Positions 48,715-58,498 of a stretch of 64,000 nucleotides of DNA are shown here, piece after piece. A program made the position numbers and the translations under genes. The notes below the pieces were generated by a model. The model searched no databases. It had not been told where the DNA came from and worked only from the letters and a program-made list of their open reading frames with translations. How positions within the stretch are numbered: the first letter of the stretch is position 1; each line of letters opens with the position of its first letter. Source of the DNA: Bacteroidia bacterium (lineage in GTDB: Bacteria; Bacteroidota; Bacteroidia; NS11-12g; UBA9320); the NCBI GenBank assembly GCA_965216465.1, contig CBDCFW010000006.1:32001-96000 (forward strand), written 5' to 3'.

Positions 48715-49080
48715 ATGCTAATTGACATTCGTGTTGAAGTAAAACACGAAGTAGATCACGTTGTTGAAGGAGCAAATCATGTTTTCAGCTACTGGATAAC
48801 CATTCGCAACCACAGTACTGAAACAATTCAACTTGAACGCAGACATTGGTTTATTTCTGATGGATTTGAGCACGATCGTGAGGTTGAAGGCGAAGGTGTA
48901 GTCGGACAAACTCCAATATTAGAACCAAATCAAGAGTTTTCTTACCAATCTTGGTGTCCTACTGTTTCTGAGCTAGGTGTAATGAGTGGTTATTACCAAT
49001 TCCGGTTGCTGAGAACAAGTGAAGAATTTGATGTAGAAATTCCGGCATTTGTGTTAATGCCTTCGTATCAATTAAACTAG
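48715..49080 (+). CDS. apaG: ApaG domain protein
   Basis: FSYWITIRN, RHWFI and GEGVVGQTP; ATG at 48715. Confidence 0.9.
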   Translation: MLIDIRVEVKHEVDHVVEGANHVFSYWITIRNHSTETIQLERRHWFISDGFEHDREVEGEGVVGQTPILEPNQEFSYQSWCPTVSELGVMSGYYQFRLLRTSEEFDVEIPAFVLMPSYQLN

Positions 49081-49878
49081 GGTGTAAACAATCCCTATAA
49101 TTCCAACAATCCAGCAGTAGATGGAGAAGTAGGTGAGCTTGCTTCGCTTAACAATGGCAATCATCCACTTGCAGGCAAAATAACCCGAAATAAATGCCGC
49201 AACAAAACCAGCGATTACCGTACCATCTAAAATTAATGCTGATTGCTTTTCAGCATCTGACATGTCAAAGTAATCTTTAAACTCCATCGCCATCGCCCCT
49301 ACTATCAATGGAAGAACCATTAAAAAGCTAAATCTGGCAGCCTTCTCTCTGTTCACACCAAGCAGAACGGCACTGGCTATGGTGCTCCCACTTCGACTAA
49401 TTCCTGGAAGAATAGCAATTGCTTGAACTATTCCCAAAAGTGTTGCTTTCCCTTCATTTAGAGGCTTTGAAACGTCTTTCATACGATCTGACATAAAGAG
49501 AATTACCCCTGTAATCAAAAGCATAACGCTTACCAGTAAAACATTGCCATCGAATACGGTTTCAATTTGCTCCTTATATAAAACACCCACAAGAACTGCA
49601 GGAATCATAGACAAGATAACCATCAAGCCAAACCGAGTCTCTTCGTTCCACTGAAATCTTAAAATACCTTTAAAAATATTGACAATGTCTTTCCAAAAAA
49701 CAACAAGCGTACTGAGCGCAGTCGCAAAATGAAGAACAACCGTAAAAAGCAAACCTGCTTCCTTTTCTTCAATACCAAAAATGGCTTTCCCTAATTCAAT
49801 ATGACCGCTGCTGCTAACGGGAAGAAACTCCGTTAATCCCTGAATGATTCCAAGGATAATCGACTCAATAAGACTCAT
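49072..49878 (-). CDS. uppP: Undecaprenyl-diphosphatase (BacA)
   Basis: QGLTEFLPVSSSGH and PGISRSG. Confidence 0.96.
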   Translation of the reverse strand: MSLIESIILGIIQGLTEFLPVSSSGHIELGKAIFGIEEKEAGLLFTVVLHFATALSTLVVFWKDIVNIFKGILRFQWNEETRFGLMVILSMIPAVLVGVLYKEQIETVFDGNVLLVSVMLLITGVILFMSDRMKDVSKPLNEGKATLLGIVQAIAILPGISRSGSTIASAVLLGVNREKAARFSFLMVLPLIVGAMAMEFKDYFDMSDAEKQSALILDGTVIAGFVAAFISGYFACKWMIAIVKRSKLTYFSIYCWIVGIIGIVYTLV

Positions 49879-50126
49879 TATTCAGACTTTGGCTTCTTCA
49901 TAATAGCGAAGAACTCAATCACAAAACCGGTTAACACAACAACAGGAGCTAAAGTGATTTTTCTAAAATCATAAATATCTTCTTTTCCATACATCAGTGC
50001 GAATCCCAAAACTATAACTGCTATTCCGATTAGCATAAGAACATAGTTCTGCTTTCCAAAAACAAAGTTGTGTTGAGGTGTCTTATTAGATTCTGTCTGT
50101 TTATTTGATTTCTGAGAATTCGACAT
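49878..50126 (-). CDS. DUF3098 small membrane protein
   Basis: F.K.NY.LM..G and ITLAP; typical ftsX-DUF3098-uppP order. Confidence 0.85.
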   Translation of the reverse strand: MSNSQKSNKQTESNKTPQHNFVFGKQNYVLMLIGIAVIVLGFALMYGKEDIYDFRKITLAPVVVLTGFVIEFFAIMKKPKSE

Positions 50127-50127
50127 T

Positions 50128-51009
50128 TTATTTATATAAGTTATCTGTATGTGTGTTTAAATATCTTCTGGCGGCAAATGCAGTTGTTTGGTAAACAATT
50201 GTTGCTCCTCCTACAAGCAGCAAAAATAACATCAAAATGTATTGATACCAGCTTTGTTGCAAATGATGTGTTATAGAATTGGAATCAAGCTCAAGAGATA
50301 CCTCAATCCAAGTCCATCCTACCCAAGCAATCACTAGTAACATAGCCACTCCCAAAATAAAACTACTAATCGTCCATTTTATTGCTTTTCGCTTGTAGGG
50401 TTTTAGGATAAATTTTTCGCGTGCTCCAATCAGTTGTTGGTTGCGAATCAGAAATCTATCCGCATATATTAACAGCCGCACTGTGCTGACCATCAGCACA
50501 ATGGCCACAATAACCATCAAGCCACTTAGCGATAAGAGCCATGAAACAAAGACCTTTCTATTTCTTTCAAGCTGTTCAAAAACATTATAGGGATAGCTCA
50601 CTTCTAGCACCTCATTGAGCGTGGATAACGACCACTGAATCCGTTCTAAATCATTATTTTCAATATACTCTGACTTAATCGCTAATTCGACCGTAGCTGG
50701 CAATGGGTTATTGCCAAGAACCTCAATAAAATCTTCGCCAATTTCATTCTTAAAATTAAATGCAGCCTGATCACTACTTATAAATTGATGGTCAATTACA
50801 TAGGGAAGTTTTGCGATGCTATCGGCTAAAATTTTACATTTTTGATTGTCAAGCCCGACATTAAAGAACACCGATATTTTCATGTTTTCTTGCACATAGG
50901 TATTCAATTTTGCAGCGTTGATGAGTAACGCTCCGAGTAATCCTAGCAAGAAAACAACCACAGATAAACTTGCGACTATAGCAATTCCATTCGATCGGCT
51001 CCCCTTCAT
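50128..51009 (-). CDS. ftsX: Cell division permease FtsX
   Basis: LGNNPLP and RL.IY..RFLI...LIGA; 4 TM. Confidence 0.85.
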   Translation of the reverse strand: MKGSRSNGIAIVASLSVVVFLLGLLGALLINAAKLNTYVQENMKISVFFNVGLDNQKCKILADSIAKLPYVIDHQFISSDQAAFNFKNEIGEDFIEVLGNNPLPATVELAIKSEYIENNDLERIQWSLSTLNEVLEVSYPYNVFEQLERNRKVFVSWLLSLSGLMVIVAIVLMVSTVRLLIYADRFLIRNQQLIGAREKFILKPYKRKAIKWTISSFILGVAMLLVIAWVGWTWIEVSLELDSNSITHHLQQSWYQYILMLFLLLVGGATIVYQTTAFAARRYLNTHTDNLYK

Positions 51010-51080
51010 TTCTCTTCAAAAATATCAGAATTACTCGCTTAAAATTATATAAGATTTCCACGAAATAGCCTCGCTTCTAC

Positions 51081-51088
51081 TACCTTTG
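51081..51088 (+). promoter_or_regulatory. -7 box TACCTTTG of leuS
   Basis: Exact TAnnTTTG match 16 nt before the ATG. Confidence 0.6.
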
Positions 51089-51104
51089 CCGCTTTCTAAT
51101 TTTA

Positions 51105-54056
51105 ATGAGTACGTACGATTTTAAATCCATCGAAGAAAACTGGCAAAAAGAATGGGCCGAGAATAAAGTTTATAAGACCGTTATCGATCATAACAAACCT
51201 AAGTTTTATGCCCTCGATATGTTTCCTTATCCAAGTGGAGCGGGATTACATGTTGGACATCCTTTAGGATACATTGCCTCTGACATTGTAGCTAGGTTCA
51301 AAAGACTTAGTGGATTTAACGTACTTCACCCAATGGGTTTTGATGCGTTTGGTTTACCCGCTGAGCAGTATGCAATTCAAACAGGTCAACATCCAGCAAT
51401 CACCACTCAGGAAAACTTAAATCGCTACAAAAAACAACTCAACAGAATAGGGTTTTGCTACGATTGGGATAGAGAAATTCAAACCTGTGATCCAAATTAT
51501 TACAAATGGACACAATGGATTTTTATACAGCTTTTTAATTCTTGGTACAACGCAAAATCAGATAAAGCAGAGTCAATTGACAACCTAATTACCATATTTG
51601 AGAACGACGGAAATGTAAATGTTCATCATAAAGGAGACGAGGTTGAAGCTTTTACTGCTGAAGACTGGGAAAACTTTACCGCTTTAGAAAGATCTAAAAT
51701 ACTTCAATGCTACCGACTGGCTTTTCAGAAAGAAACAACAGTAAACTGGTGCGAAGAACTTGGTACGGTACTAGCCAACGACGAAGTAAAAGATGGCTTG
51801 TCGGAGCGAGGTGGTTATCCTGTAACTCAAAAACTGATGACGCAATGGTATTTGCGTATAACGGCTTATGCAGATCGTTTGCTTGAAGGTTTAAATCGAA
51901 TTGAGTGGAGTGATTCAATAAAAGAAATGCAACGCAACTGGATCGGGAGAAGCGAAGGTGCTTCCATCCATTTCAAGGTTCAAAATTCAGATCAAAGTAT
52001 TGAGGTCTTTACTACTCGGCCTGATACCATATTCGGATCTACCTTTATGGTTCTTGCCCCAGATCATGAATTGGTGGCGGAACTCACAACTCCTGAACAA
52101 AAGGCTAAAGTTGAAGCTTACGCAAGCAAGGCAAATAATAAAAGTGAGCGTGAGAGGATGATGAACAAGGAAGTTTCTGGTGTATTTACTGGTGGTTATG
52201 CACTTAATCCTTTCAACAACTCTCCCATTCCGATTTATATTTCTGAATATGTATTAAGTGGATATGGAACGGGTGCAATTATGGCTGTTCCTGCCCATGA
52301 TGAGCGAGATCATGCTTTTGCCAAGAAGTTCGGCTTAGAGATCAAACAAGTAATTTCTGCTCCTGAGGGTGTTAACATTCAAGAAGAAAGCTACGATGCT
52401 AAAGAAGGTAAACTGATGAACAGTGAGAACTTCGACAGACTTTCAGTAAAAGAAGGAATTCAAGCTACTATTCAGTTAGCGGAAGAAAAAGGTTTTGGGA
52501 AACGCAAGGTAAACTACAAGCTACGCGATGCGGGTTATAGCCGACAGCGTTACTGGGGTGAGCCTTTCCCAATTATATATAAAGATGGAGTACCTACAGT
52601 TGATAACAATCTCCCTCTTGAACTTCCAAAGGTTGAAAGCTACGAACCAACGGGTACTGGTGAAAGTCCTTTAGCTGGTAATGAAGATTGGTTAAATACG
52701 AACGAAGGAAGAAGAGAAACAGACACCATGCCGGGATATGCTGGAAGTAGCTGGTATTTCTTACGCTACATGGACCCCAATAACAATGACGTATTTGCCA
52801 GTAAAGAAGCTTTAGACTACTGGCAACAAGTTGATTTATACATTGGAGGAACCGAGCACGCTACCGGTCATTTGCTTTACAGCAGGTTCTGGACCAAATT
52901 TTTAAATGATTTGGGATACATTTCATTCGATGAGCCATTCAAAAAGCTGGTAAACCAAGGGATGATTCAGGGTGAAAGTAAATATATCTATAAAATGAAT
53001 TTTATGGTATCAACACAAATGGACCTTAACGAAGATCCAACAGAGTCATCATTACTTCCTAACATCTTGTATTCTCCTAAAACTCAAGACGAAGCGAGAA
53101 AAGCAATTGCACATAACAAGGTCGAAGCTCATATTTTGGAGATTGTAAAAAAAGAAGAACAAAAGTTCCAAAAGAAACACCCAGATTTAGATTGGAAAAT
53201 ATTACCAGACTTCTACTCAGCAAAACAAGTGAGAATACCCGTTCAATTGGTCGATAAGAATAATGTCGTTGATATAGATTCTTTTCTTGCGAACAATAAA
53301 TACCAAATGGATGACAGTAGTATAATTATAACTACACAGGATGGAAAAATAATTGCTGAAAATTTAGTAGAAAAGATGTCAAAGAGATGGGGAAATGTAG
53401 TTAACCCAGATGATGTCAGCGATCAGTATGGTGCAGATACGCTCCGTCTGTATGAAATGTTTTTAGGACCTCTTGAAGATAGCAAACCGTGGAGCACCAA
53501 AGGTATTGATGGTACGCATCGATTCTTGAAAAAACTTTGGGCCTTGTTCTATGACCAAGACAACCATCAGGTTTGGAACACTGATGCACCGGGTAAAGAT
53601 TCACTTAAGACATTGCACAAGACGATTAAGAAAATTACAGAAGACATAAACAACTTTTCTTTCAATACTTCGGTTTCTCAGTTTATGATCTGTGTAAATG
53701 AGTTAAGCAGTCAAAAATGCAACTCAAAAGAAATTTTGGAGCAGGTGTTGATTTTGTTAAACCCTTTTGCACCCCACATCACAGAAGAACTTTGGAGACG
53801 AATTGGTAACGAAGGATGGATTATGGATGCGACCTGGCCATCGTTTGATGAAAGCTTGCTGGTAGAATCAACCAAGGCCTACCCTATTTCGATCAATGGT
53901 AAAACAAGAACAACTTTAGAGCTACCACTTGACATGCCAAAAAATGAAATTGAAGAACAAGTTTTGGCCAACGAAGTTGTTCAGAAATGGTTGGATGGCA
54001 ATGCACCCAAAAAGGTGATTGTTGTTCCGGGTAGAATTGTGAATGTTGTAGTGTAA
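51105..54056 (+). CDS. leuS: Leucine--tRNA ligase
   Basis: MFPYPSGAGLHVGH, FTTRPDT, GTGAIMAVPAHD, SRQRYWGEP and KMSK. Confidence 0.97.
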   Translation: MSTYDFKSIEENWQKEWAENKVYKTVIDHNKPKFYALDMFPYPSGAGLHVGHPLGYIASDIVARFKRLSGFNVLHPMGFDAFGLPAEQYAIQTGQHPAITTQENLNRYKKQLNRIGFCYDWDREIQTCDPNYYKWTQWIFIQLFNSWYNAKSDKAESIDNLITIFENDGNVNVHHKGDEVEAFTAEDWENFTALERSKILQCYRLAFQKETTVNWCEELGTVLANDEVKDGLSERGGYPVTQKLMTQWYLRITAYADRLLEGLNRIEWSDSIKEMQRNWIGRSEGASIHFKVQNSDQSIEVFTTRPDTIFGSTFMVLAPDHELVAELTTPEQKAKVEAYASKANNKSERERMMNKEVSGVFTGGYALNPFNNSPIPIYISEYVLSGYGTGAIMAVPAHDERDHAFAKKFGLEIKQVISAPEGVNIQEESYDAKEGKLMNSENFDRLSVKEGIQATIQLAEEKGFGKRKVNYKLRDAGYSRQRYWGEPFPIIYKDGVPTVDNNLPLELPKVESYEPTGTGESPLAGNEDWLNTNEGRRETDTMPGYAGSSWYFLRYMDPNNNDVFASKEALDYWQQVDLYIGGTEHATGHLLYSRFWTKFLNDLGYISFDEPFKKLVNQGMIQGESKYIYKMNFMVSTQMDLNEDPTESSLLPNILYSPKTQDEARKAIAHNKVEAHILEIVKKEEQKFQKKHPDLDWKILPDFYSAKQVRIPVQLVDKNNVVDIDSFLANNKYQMDDSSIIITTQDGKIIAENLVEKMSKRWGNVVNPDDVSDQYGADTLRLYEMFLGPLEDSKPWSTKGIDGTHRFLKKLWALFYDQDNHQVWNTDAPGKDSLKTLHKTIKKITEDINNFSFNTSVSQFMICVNELSSQKCNSKEILEQVLILLNPFAPHITEELWRRIGNEGWIMDATWPSFDESLLVESTKAYPISINGKTRTTLELPLDMPKNEIEEQVLANEVVQKWLDGNAPKKVIVVPGRIVNVVV

Positions 54057-54091
54057 AATCATTTACTATATTTCCGATTTAATCGGAGTTT

Positions 54092-54838
54092 ATGGTTGAA
54101 TCCTTCCTATTTATTCTTATCCTGGTGGCAGGGATTGCCATTTTTGGTTATATCGTTTTTCCGCTATTCACTAAAGAAGAGTATAAATCTGATGATGAGC
54201 GTCTCTATGACCCTGAGGCTGGCAAGTTTTATGAAATCGACTTTTCAGACGATAAACTTAACATTGACATAGCGAAAGATCAAAGAAGGACAGAAAATTC
54301 TTCACTTCCCAGAGATCAATATAATATGCTAATTAAGCATCTTCTTGAGCAAGGGTTTAAGCATATACATCAACCCAAGAACATGGCTGCCGTTGATCAA
54401 ATGATAGAGAAATACGACTTGGTCAAATTAGGAGAAGGCCTGGGTGGTATTGACGAATATTTCATCAAAGATGGCAACCTTACTTTTTTTATCACAGATG
54501 GCCGTGAAGACATAATCGCATCTGTGCTTATTTTCTCAAGTTCTACTTTTACCGGATTTGGAAGCTTATATCCTAAAAGCTTGTCAGATATGAAACTAAA
54601 TCCCATAAGTTCACTTATTGACGATAGTACTAAAATTAGTCCTCAGTTTAATGGCCGTTACAATTTTTATTACGACCATGAGCTTGACCATATTGCTATA
54701 TCAAAGATTGATCATTTTGGTAAGTTAAATGACCTCCATATTGAGTTTGAGTACGGAAATCTAGTCATTCTCAAAACAGGGAATACCAACTCTGAATTGT
54801 TTGACCAATTGTACAACGAAGCAATTAAACTACAATAG
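54092..54838 (+). CDS. Hypothetical protein with N-terminal TM anchor
   Basis: 248 aa ORF fills the gap; hydrophobic N-terminus; no family recognised. Confidence 0.6.
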   Translation: MVESFLFILILVAGIAIFGYIVFPLFTKEEYKSDDERLYDPEAGKFYEIDFSDDKLNIDIAKDQRRTENSSLPRDQYNMLIKHLLEQGFKHIHQPKNMAAVDQMIEKYDLVKLGEGLGGIDEYFIKDGNLTFFITDGREDIIASVLIFSSSTFTGFGSLYPKSLSDMKLNPISSLIDDSTKISPQFNGRYNFYYDHELDHIAISKIDHFGKLNDLHIEFEYGNLVILKTGNTNSELFDQLYNEAIKLQ

Positions 54839-54857
54839 ATTCATTTTTTTTCTCGGG

Positions 54858-54890
54858 ATATGCAACCCTCAAGCATTAAACTTGTATATC
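54858..54890 (+). promoter_or_regulatory. Putative ECF promoter copy 1 (ATATGCAACCC-N15-GTATATC)
   Basis: Same motif and spacing recur at 57028-57060; AAC in -35 and GT in -10 are ECF-like; lies directly upstream of the ECF gene. Confidence 0.7.
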
Positions 54891-54908
54891 AGTATAAACA
54901 AAGTAACA

Positions 54909-55454
54909 ATTAGTACTCCGAGTACGCATATCGCGATCGTAAAAAGGTGCTTGCTAGGCGACCAATCTGCTGAATATGAGCTATATAAGCTTTATTCCAA
55001 TGCACTGTACAATACGTGTATACGGATGTTAAAGCATGTTCCTGAGGCAGAAGACCTGTTGCAAGAAACTTTTATAAAGATCTTCAATAATCTGGATCGC
55101 TTTAATCTCGAGTCTAATTTTTACACCTGGGCAAACAGAATTGCCATTAACGGTTGCATTAACCACCAAAACAAAAAGGGCGTTGATTACACCATGGATT
55201 ACGAGCACGAAATAGCAATGCAGAAAGCAGACGACGATTATTCTGAAGCAGATGTTGATTGGACAGTGACTCAGGTTAATCAAGCCATTTTAAATTTACC
55301 CAACGGTTATCGAGAGATTATAAGTTTATACCTGTTAGAAGGATACGACCATCAAGAAATATCAGAGATACTTGGCATAAGTGTCTCAACCAGCAAATCA
55401 CAGTATGCCCGAGCAAAAAAGAAGTTGAAACAAATATTATCAACCAATGGATAA
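54909..55454 (+). CDS. ECF sigma-70 factor (start uncertain; probable ATT at 54909)
   Basis: AEDLLQETFIKIF, W..RIAIN, LPNGYR...L..LEGYDHQEIS..LG and SKSQYARAK. Confidence 0.88.
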   Translation: MSTPSTHIAIVKRCLLGDQSAEYELYKLYSNALYNTCIRMLKHVPEAEDLLQETFIKIFNNLDRFNLESNFYTWANRIAINGCINHQNKKGVDYTMDYEHEIAMQKADDDYSEADVDWTVTQVNQAILNLPNGYREIISLYLLEGYDHQEISEILGISVSTSKSQYARAKKKLKQILSTNG

Positions 55455-55986
55455 TTTAGAAAAATTCATAAAAGATCACAAAAGTGAATTCGATGTTGAA
55501 ACACCTCGAACTGAACTTTGGGATCAACTCAATCAAAAAAGAGGAAAAACAAAACCTACTAAAAGGATTTCAATGTTTCCTTATAAAACACTGCGTATAG
55601 CTGCCAGTATAGTAATCTTGGCTTTTGCAGTGTACGGAGCATACAATCTATTTGCTCCAACGCCTACGGAAACAACTGCATCTACTGAAGTTACATTGCC
55701 TGCTGAATTGGTTGAACTAGACCAATACTATGAGGGCCAAGTTAAAGTTCAATTCACCAAGGTAAATCAGCTAATTGACGATGAAGAAATCCTTGATGAT
55801 ATCAAATCGGATTTGGAAATGCTCAATGATGAAAAAGTGGCTTTAATGGAAGAATACGGAACACATATTGACGATGAAGAGGTTGTTGAAGCATTGATCA
55901 ACACTTACCGCATGAAAATTCACATTTTAGAGGACATCTTAAGTATAATTAATGAACAAGAAATTGAAAATGAACAAGCTATATAG
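55447..55986 (+). CDS. Putative anti-sigma factor
   Basis: Overlaps the sigma stop; EKFI...FD..P...W cytoplasmic segment, single TM (IAASIVIL) and helical periplasmic part. Confidence 0.75.
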   Translation: MDNLEKFIKDHKSEFDVETPRTELWDQLNQKRGKTKPTKRISMFPYKTLRIAASIVILAFAVYGAYNLFAPTPTETTASTEVTLPAELVELDQYYEGQVKVQFTKVNQLIDDEEILDDIKSDLEMLNDEKVALMEEYGTHIDDEEVVEALINTYRMKIHILEDILSIINEQEIENEQAI

Positions 55987-57028
55987 ATATATTTTAACTG
56001 CCGCGATTCTCACATCGTCGTTGATCAATTATGCCCAATTCAAAGATGACAAAACCACGGAGAAATCAAGCAAGTTTAGTCAAACAGGCAAAGTGATGGT
56101 TAATAATCGCCATGGAAATATACAAGTTATTTCGTGGGCTAAAGATTCGATTCGAGTTAAAGCTCATATAAGCGGCGAATCAAAATCATTGGCAAACCTT
56201 AGTGAAGCATTGTCTAAAACTACAGCACAAATCAACCTAAGTTTTACGAACGCTGAAATTAATACAGTGGTTTATGAATCTGGAATTGAAAAGAGTATAA
56301 ATGATATCAAGAAAATTGCAGGAGCTGGAACTAATATCAAAATAAACTATACCATCTATGCTCCAAAATCATGCAAACTGATGCTATCAAACAAGTATGG
56401 TGACATTTTGCTCGACAACCACGATGGAGTTGTAATAGCTAAGCTAAACCATGGAAATCTACGTGCAAATGAACTCCCTCAGTTAAACAATTTGCATTGC
56501 ACTTTTGGCAATATTTATATACGCTCTGCAGAAACTTTTACTGGAAGCTTTTACTTCTCCGACCTTGATATAGAATCTGTTGGTCAAATCTCAATGGACG
56601 CAAAGAGCAGCACTTTAGAAATTGGCAAAATTGATGAACTAACAATCTCTTCATCCAACGACGAAATTATAATTGATGAGATTAATCATTTCAACTTCAA
56701 TGGTAACTTAAGTAAGATTAAAATTGGAAGCTTAGGCCTTACAAGCATGGTCAATATGAAGTATGGTAAATTTAGAGTTCGACGAATCGAAAGCACAGTT
56801 TGTAAGTTTAATGCTCAATCGAGCAGAACTACTATAGATCTCGGATTCGCTCCTAACGTTAATTTTAGAGTTAGCGGATATCAAGAAGATGTAGATTTTA
56901 GCTCTACAAACCCGCTGAGCCATGTGAATACATCGTTAAATTCTTTCAATGGATATTATGGTCAAAACCCAGAAGCTCAGTGTGTTTACATGCTGAATGG
57001 GCAAAAATCTAAAATTTATTTTAGGTAA
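55970..57028 (+). CDS. DUF4097/toastrack-like beta-solenoid exported protein
   Basis: Signal peptide; repeated N(R/K)(H/Y)G(N/D)I beta-repeats. Confidence 0.65.
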   Translation: MNKLYRYILTAAILTSSLINYAQFKDDKTTEKSSKFSQTGKVMVNNRHGNIQVISWAKDSIRVKAHISGESKSLANLSEALSKTTAQINLSFTNAEINTVVYESGIEKSINDIKKIAGAGTNIKINYTIYAPKSCKLMLSNKYGDILLDNHDGVVIAKLNHGNLRANELPQLNNLHCTFGNIYIRSAETFTGSFYFSDLDIESVGQISMDAKSSTLEIGKIDELTISSSNDEIIIDEINHFNFNGNLSKIKIGSLGLTSMVNMKYGKFRVRRIESTVCKFNAQSSRTTIDLGFAPNVNFRVSGYQEDVDFSSTNPLSHVNTSLNSFNGYYGQNPEAQCVYMLNGQKSKIYFR

Positions 57029-57060
57029 TATGCAACCCCTTGATTTCATTTCGGTATATC
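57028..57060 (+). promoter_or_regulatory. Putative ECF promoter copy 2 (ATATGCAACCC-N15-GTATATC)
   Basis: Same motif and spacing as 54858-54890; 5 nt before ATG 57066. Confidence 0.7.
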
Positions 57061-57065
57061 TTAAT

Positions 57066-57707
57066 ATGAAAAAGCATTTGAAATCAACACTAAGCATTTT
57101 GATTCTCCTATTGAGCAGCAATTTGCTTCATGCACAAAACGATAATACACCATCTAATGACGAGTATGAATCGTTCTTTAACCCAATCAGCATTCGTGGT
57201 AACATCGGTTTGCATTCTGGAACTTTAGCTACTAAAAACAACAACCTTGTTCTTAAAACAGGCGGCTCAGTAGCCGTTATTCTAAATCACAAACTAGCCC
57301 TTGGTTTTACAGGAACTGGATTTGTAGGCTCACAGAATGTAACACTCAATAACACAACATATTCTATGGCAGGTGGATACGGTGGTTTGCTAATAGAACC
57401 CATTTTAATGCCTAAAAAATCAATCCATGTAAGTTTTCCTGTAACCATAGGTGCCGGAGAGGTTCAGTACTTCGAAGACGATGGAAACTACAGAGATTGG
57501 CACTATCATTATTCCTACACAGATTACAATGATTTTATTCTAATCGAACCAGGAATAAACGTTGAAGCCAACTTAACCAATTTCATGCGATTTGGCGTGA
57601 GTGGATCATATGTATTCACCAATTCAGTTTCAAACACTGTGTTTAAAAATTCTGAAATTGATGGATTAAGTCTAACTGCAACCTTAAAATTTGGTTGGTT
57701 TAAATAA
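57066..57707 (+). CDS. Small outer-membrane beta-barrel protein
   Basis: Signal peptide, GYGGL..E, EPG.N.E.N and terminal LKFGWF. Confidence 0.7.
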   Translation: MKKHLKSTLSILILLLSSNLLHAQNDNTPSNDEYESFFNPISIRGNIGLHSGTLATKNNNLVLKTGGSVAVILNHKLALGFTGTGFVGSQNVTLNNTTYSMAGGYGGLLIEPILMPKKSIHVSFPVTIGAGEVQYFEDDGNYRDWHYHYSYTDYNDFILIEPGINVEANLTNFMRFGVSGSYVFTNSVSNTVFKNSEIDGLSLTATLKFGWFK

Positions 57708-58450
57708 TGTACGCCATGAGAAATATAAATATTCCAATAATCGTAATTCTTGCACTTGCTACGCTCCTTTATTCTTGCGATCATGAGCAATTGTGCATCC
57801 GAGGAAACAACAATATCCAGTCTGAATCTATAGACTTAGACGACTTTGAATCTGTAGAACTTGATGGTGCCTTCGATGTTTATATCAAACAAGGAAGATC
57901 ATTCGAAATCATAGTAACAGGCGACGACAATATTCTACCTGATGTTAAAGCTTATGTGAGTGACGGCATCCTAAAACTTGACCTCGAACGAGGCTGCTAT
58001 AGAAACTATGACTTACAATTTGATATTACCATGCCAGCACTTCACAGCGTTCATCTCGATGGCAGTGGAAATATTGAAGTCGACAACTTTAGCGGTCAAG
58101 ACTTTTTAGAAGCACATCTTGATGGATCTGGGAATATTGACTTATTCGAGTTTGATGGAATCACGGAGCTCATCATGCAAATTGATGGAAGCGGAGATAT
58201 AGTGTGTAATGAACCTATTGCGCATCTCGACAATCTTGAAACCAGAATTGCAGGCTCTGGAAATATTAGAGCATATCATGCTAGTGCAGACAATGCAACA
58301 GCAAAAATCACCGGCAGTGGAGATATTCGATTAACATGTCATGAGAATTTAGATGTCCGCATAACAGGAAGTGGCAATGTATTGTACAAAGGCAATCCTT
58401 CCATTCACAGTAGAATTACTGGTTCTGGTGAAGTTGTTGATGCAAACTAG
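57707..58450 (+). CDS. DUF2807 (head GIN/toastrack) lipoprotein
   Basis: Lipobox LYSC, repeated (D/T)GSG(N/D)I units and Y.GNP. Confidence 0.85.
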   Translation: MYAMRNINIPIIVILALATLLYSCDHEQLCIRGNNNIQSESIDLDDFESVELDGAFDVYIKQGRSFEIIVTGDDNILPDVKAYVSDGILKLDLERGCYRNYDLQFDITMPALHSVHLDGSGNIEVDNFSGQDFLEAHLDGSGNIDLFEFDGITELIMQIDGSGDIVCNEPIAHLDNLETRIAGSGNIRAYHASADNATAKITGSGDIRLTCHENLDVRITGSGNVLYKGNPSIHSRITGSGEVVDAN

Positions 58451-58469
58451 CTTTGTTAAGTTAATTTTG

Positions 58470-58498
58470 AACCCAGACAGTATCGTCTGGGTTTTTTT
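58470..58498 (+). terminator. Intrinsic terminator of the ECF operon
   Basis: AACCCAGAC-agtatc-GTCTGGGTT followed by a T-run. Confidence 0.8.
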
